From NCBI GenBank assembly GCA_047495785.1, contig JBLDXI010000015.1:5084001-5148000 (forward strand): a stretch of 64,000 bases of DNA, written 5' to 3'. The notes under the pieces are model-generated. The model searched no databases, was not told the origin of the DNA, and saw nothing but the letters and a program-made list of their open reading frames with translations. A program made the translations under genes and the position numbers. Source of the DNA: Lepidodermella squamata (taxonomy: Eukaryota > Animalia > Gastrotricha). Of this stretch, positions 63,865 to 64,000 are shown in pieces; positions within the stretch are counted from its first letter, which is position 1, and every line of letters begins with the position of its first letter.

Positions 63865-64000
63865 ATGAAGAAAAGTGCTGCAACGCAATTCACGGAGGAA
63901 GAACTTGATGAGGTAGAAATCTCGGATGTGAGACGGCCACCACATTCCCATCTTAATGAAGTCGACGATCTACAACTCTTGCGTTCAAGGATCGATGAGC
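63865..64000 (+). CDS. 5' part of a probable coiled-coil protein (possibly CCDC89-like), truncated by the window
   Basis: MKKSAATQFTEEELDEVE..LQLLRSRIDE is open to the window end; LRSRIDE resembles the CCDC89 motif LRSRIEEQ. Confidence 0.35.
   Translation, partial: MKKSAATQFTEEELDEVEISDVRRPPHSHLNEVDDLQLLRSRIDE

Noticed and set aside
1-64000. CRISPR arrays, rRNA or tRNA genes, non-standard genetic code, non-canonical introns
   Set aside because: None seen by eye; all introns examined were GT-AG and genes translate with the standard code.

Overview
Gene-dense window of a compact invertebrate animal genome (standard code, mostly 45-60 nt GT-AG introns; lineage not determinable, spiralian/meiofaunal-like by inference). 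Recognisable genes: RICTOR (3' partial), thioredoxin, CEP85-like, POC5, ACAD8, CARNMT1, RPL24, GPATCH4, a divergent 7TM receptor, two tandem tetraspanins, androglobin, TMEM181, ZO-1/TJP1, a PCGF RING protein, an SLC44/CTL-like protein and UBXN1. The main candidate for a new system is the SLC44/CTL gene (52251-55968, minus), which carries an in-frame cytoplasmic-dynein stalk with its microtubule-binding domain inserted in a predicted cytoplasmic loop, i.e. a possible motor-less membrane-microtubule tether. Other highlights: an androglobin that appears to lack the proximal heme His; a Penelope-like insertion forming a perfect 863-bp palindrome with two minimal hammerhead ribozymes, a 3' tail and a 12-bp TSD; operon-like clusters with putative trans-splice acceptors; two MITEs with TSDs; and a 149-bp perfect inverted repeat pair. 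All homology calls come from recalled family motifs, not database searches.
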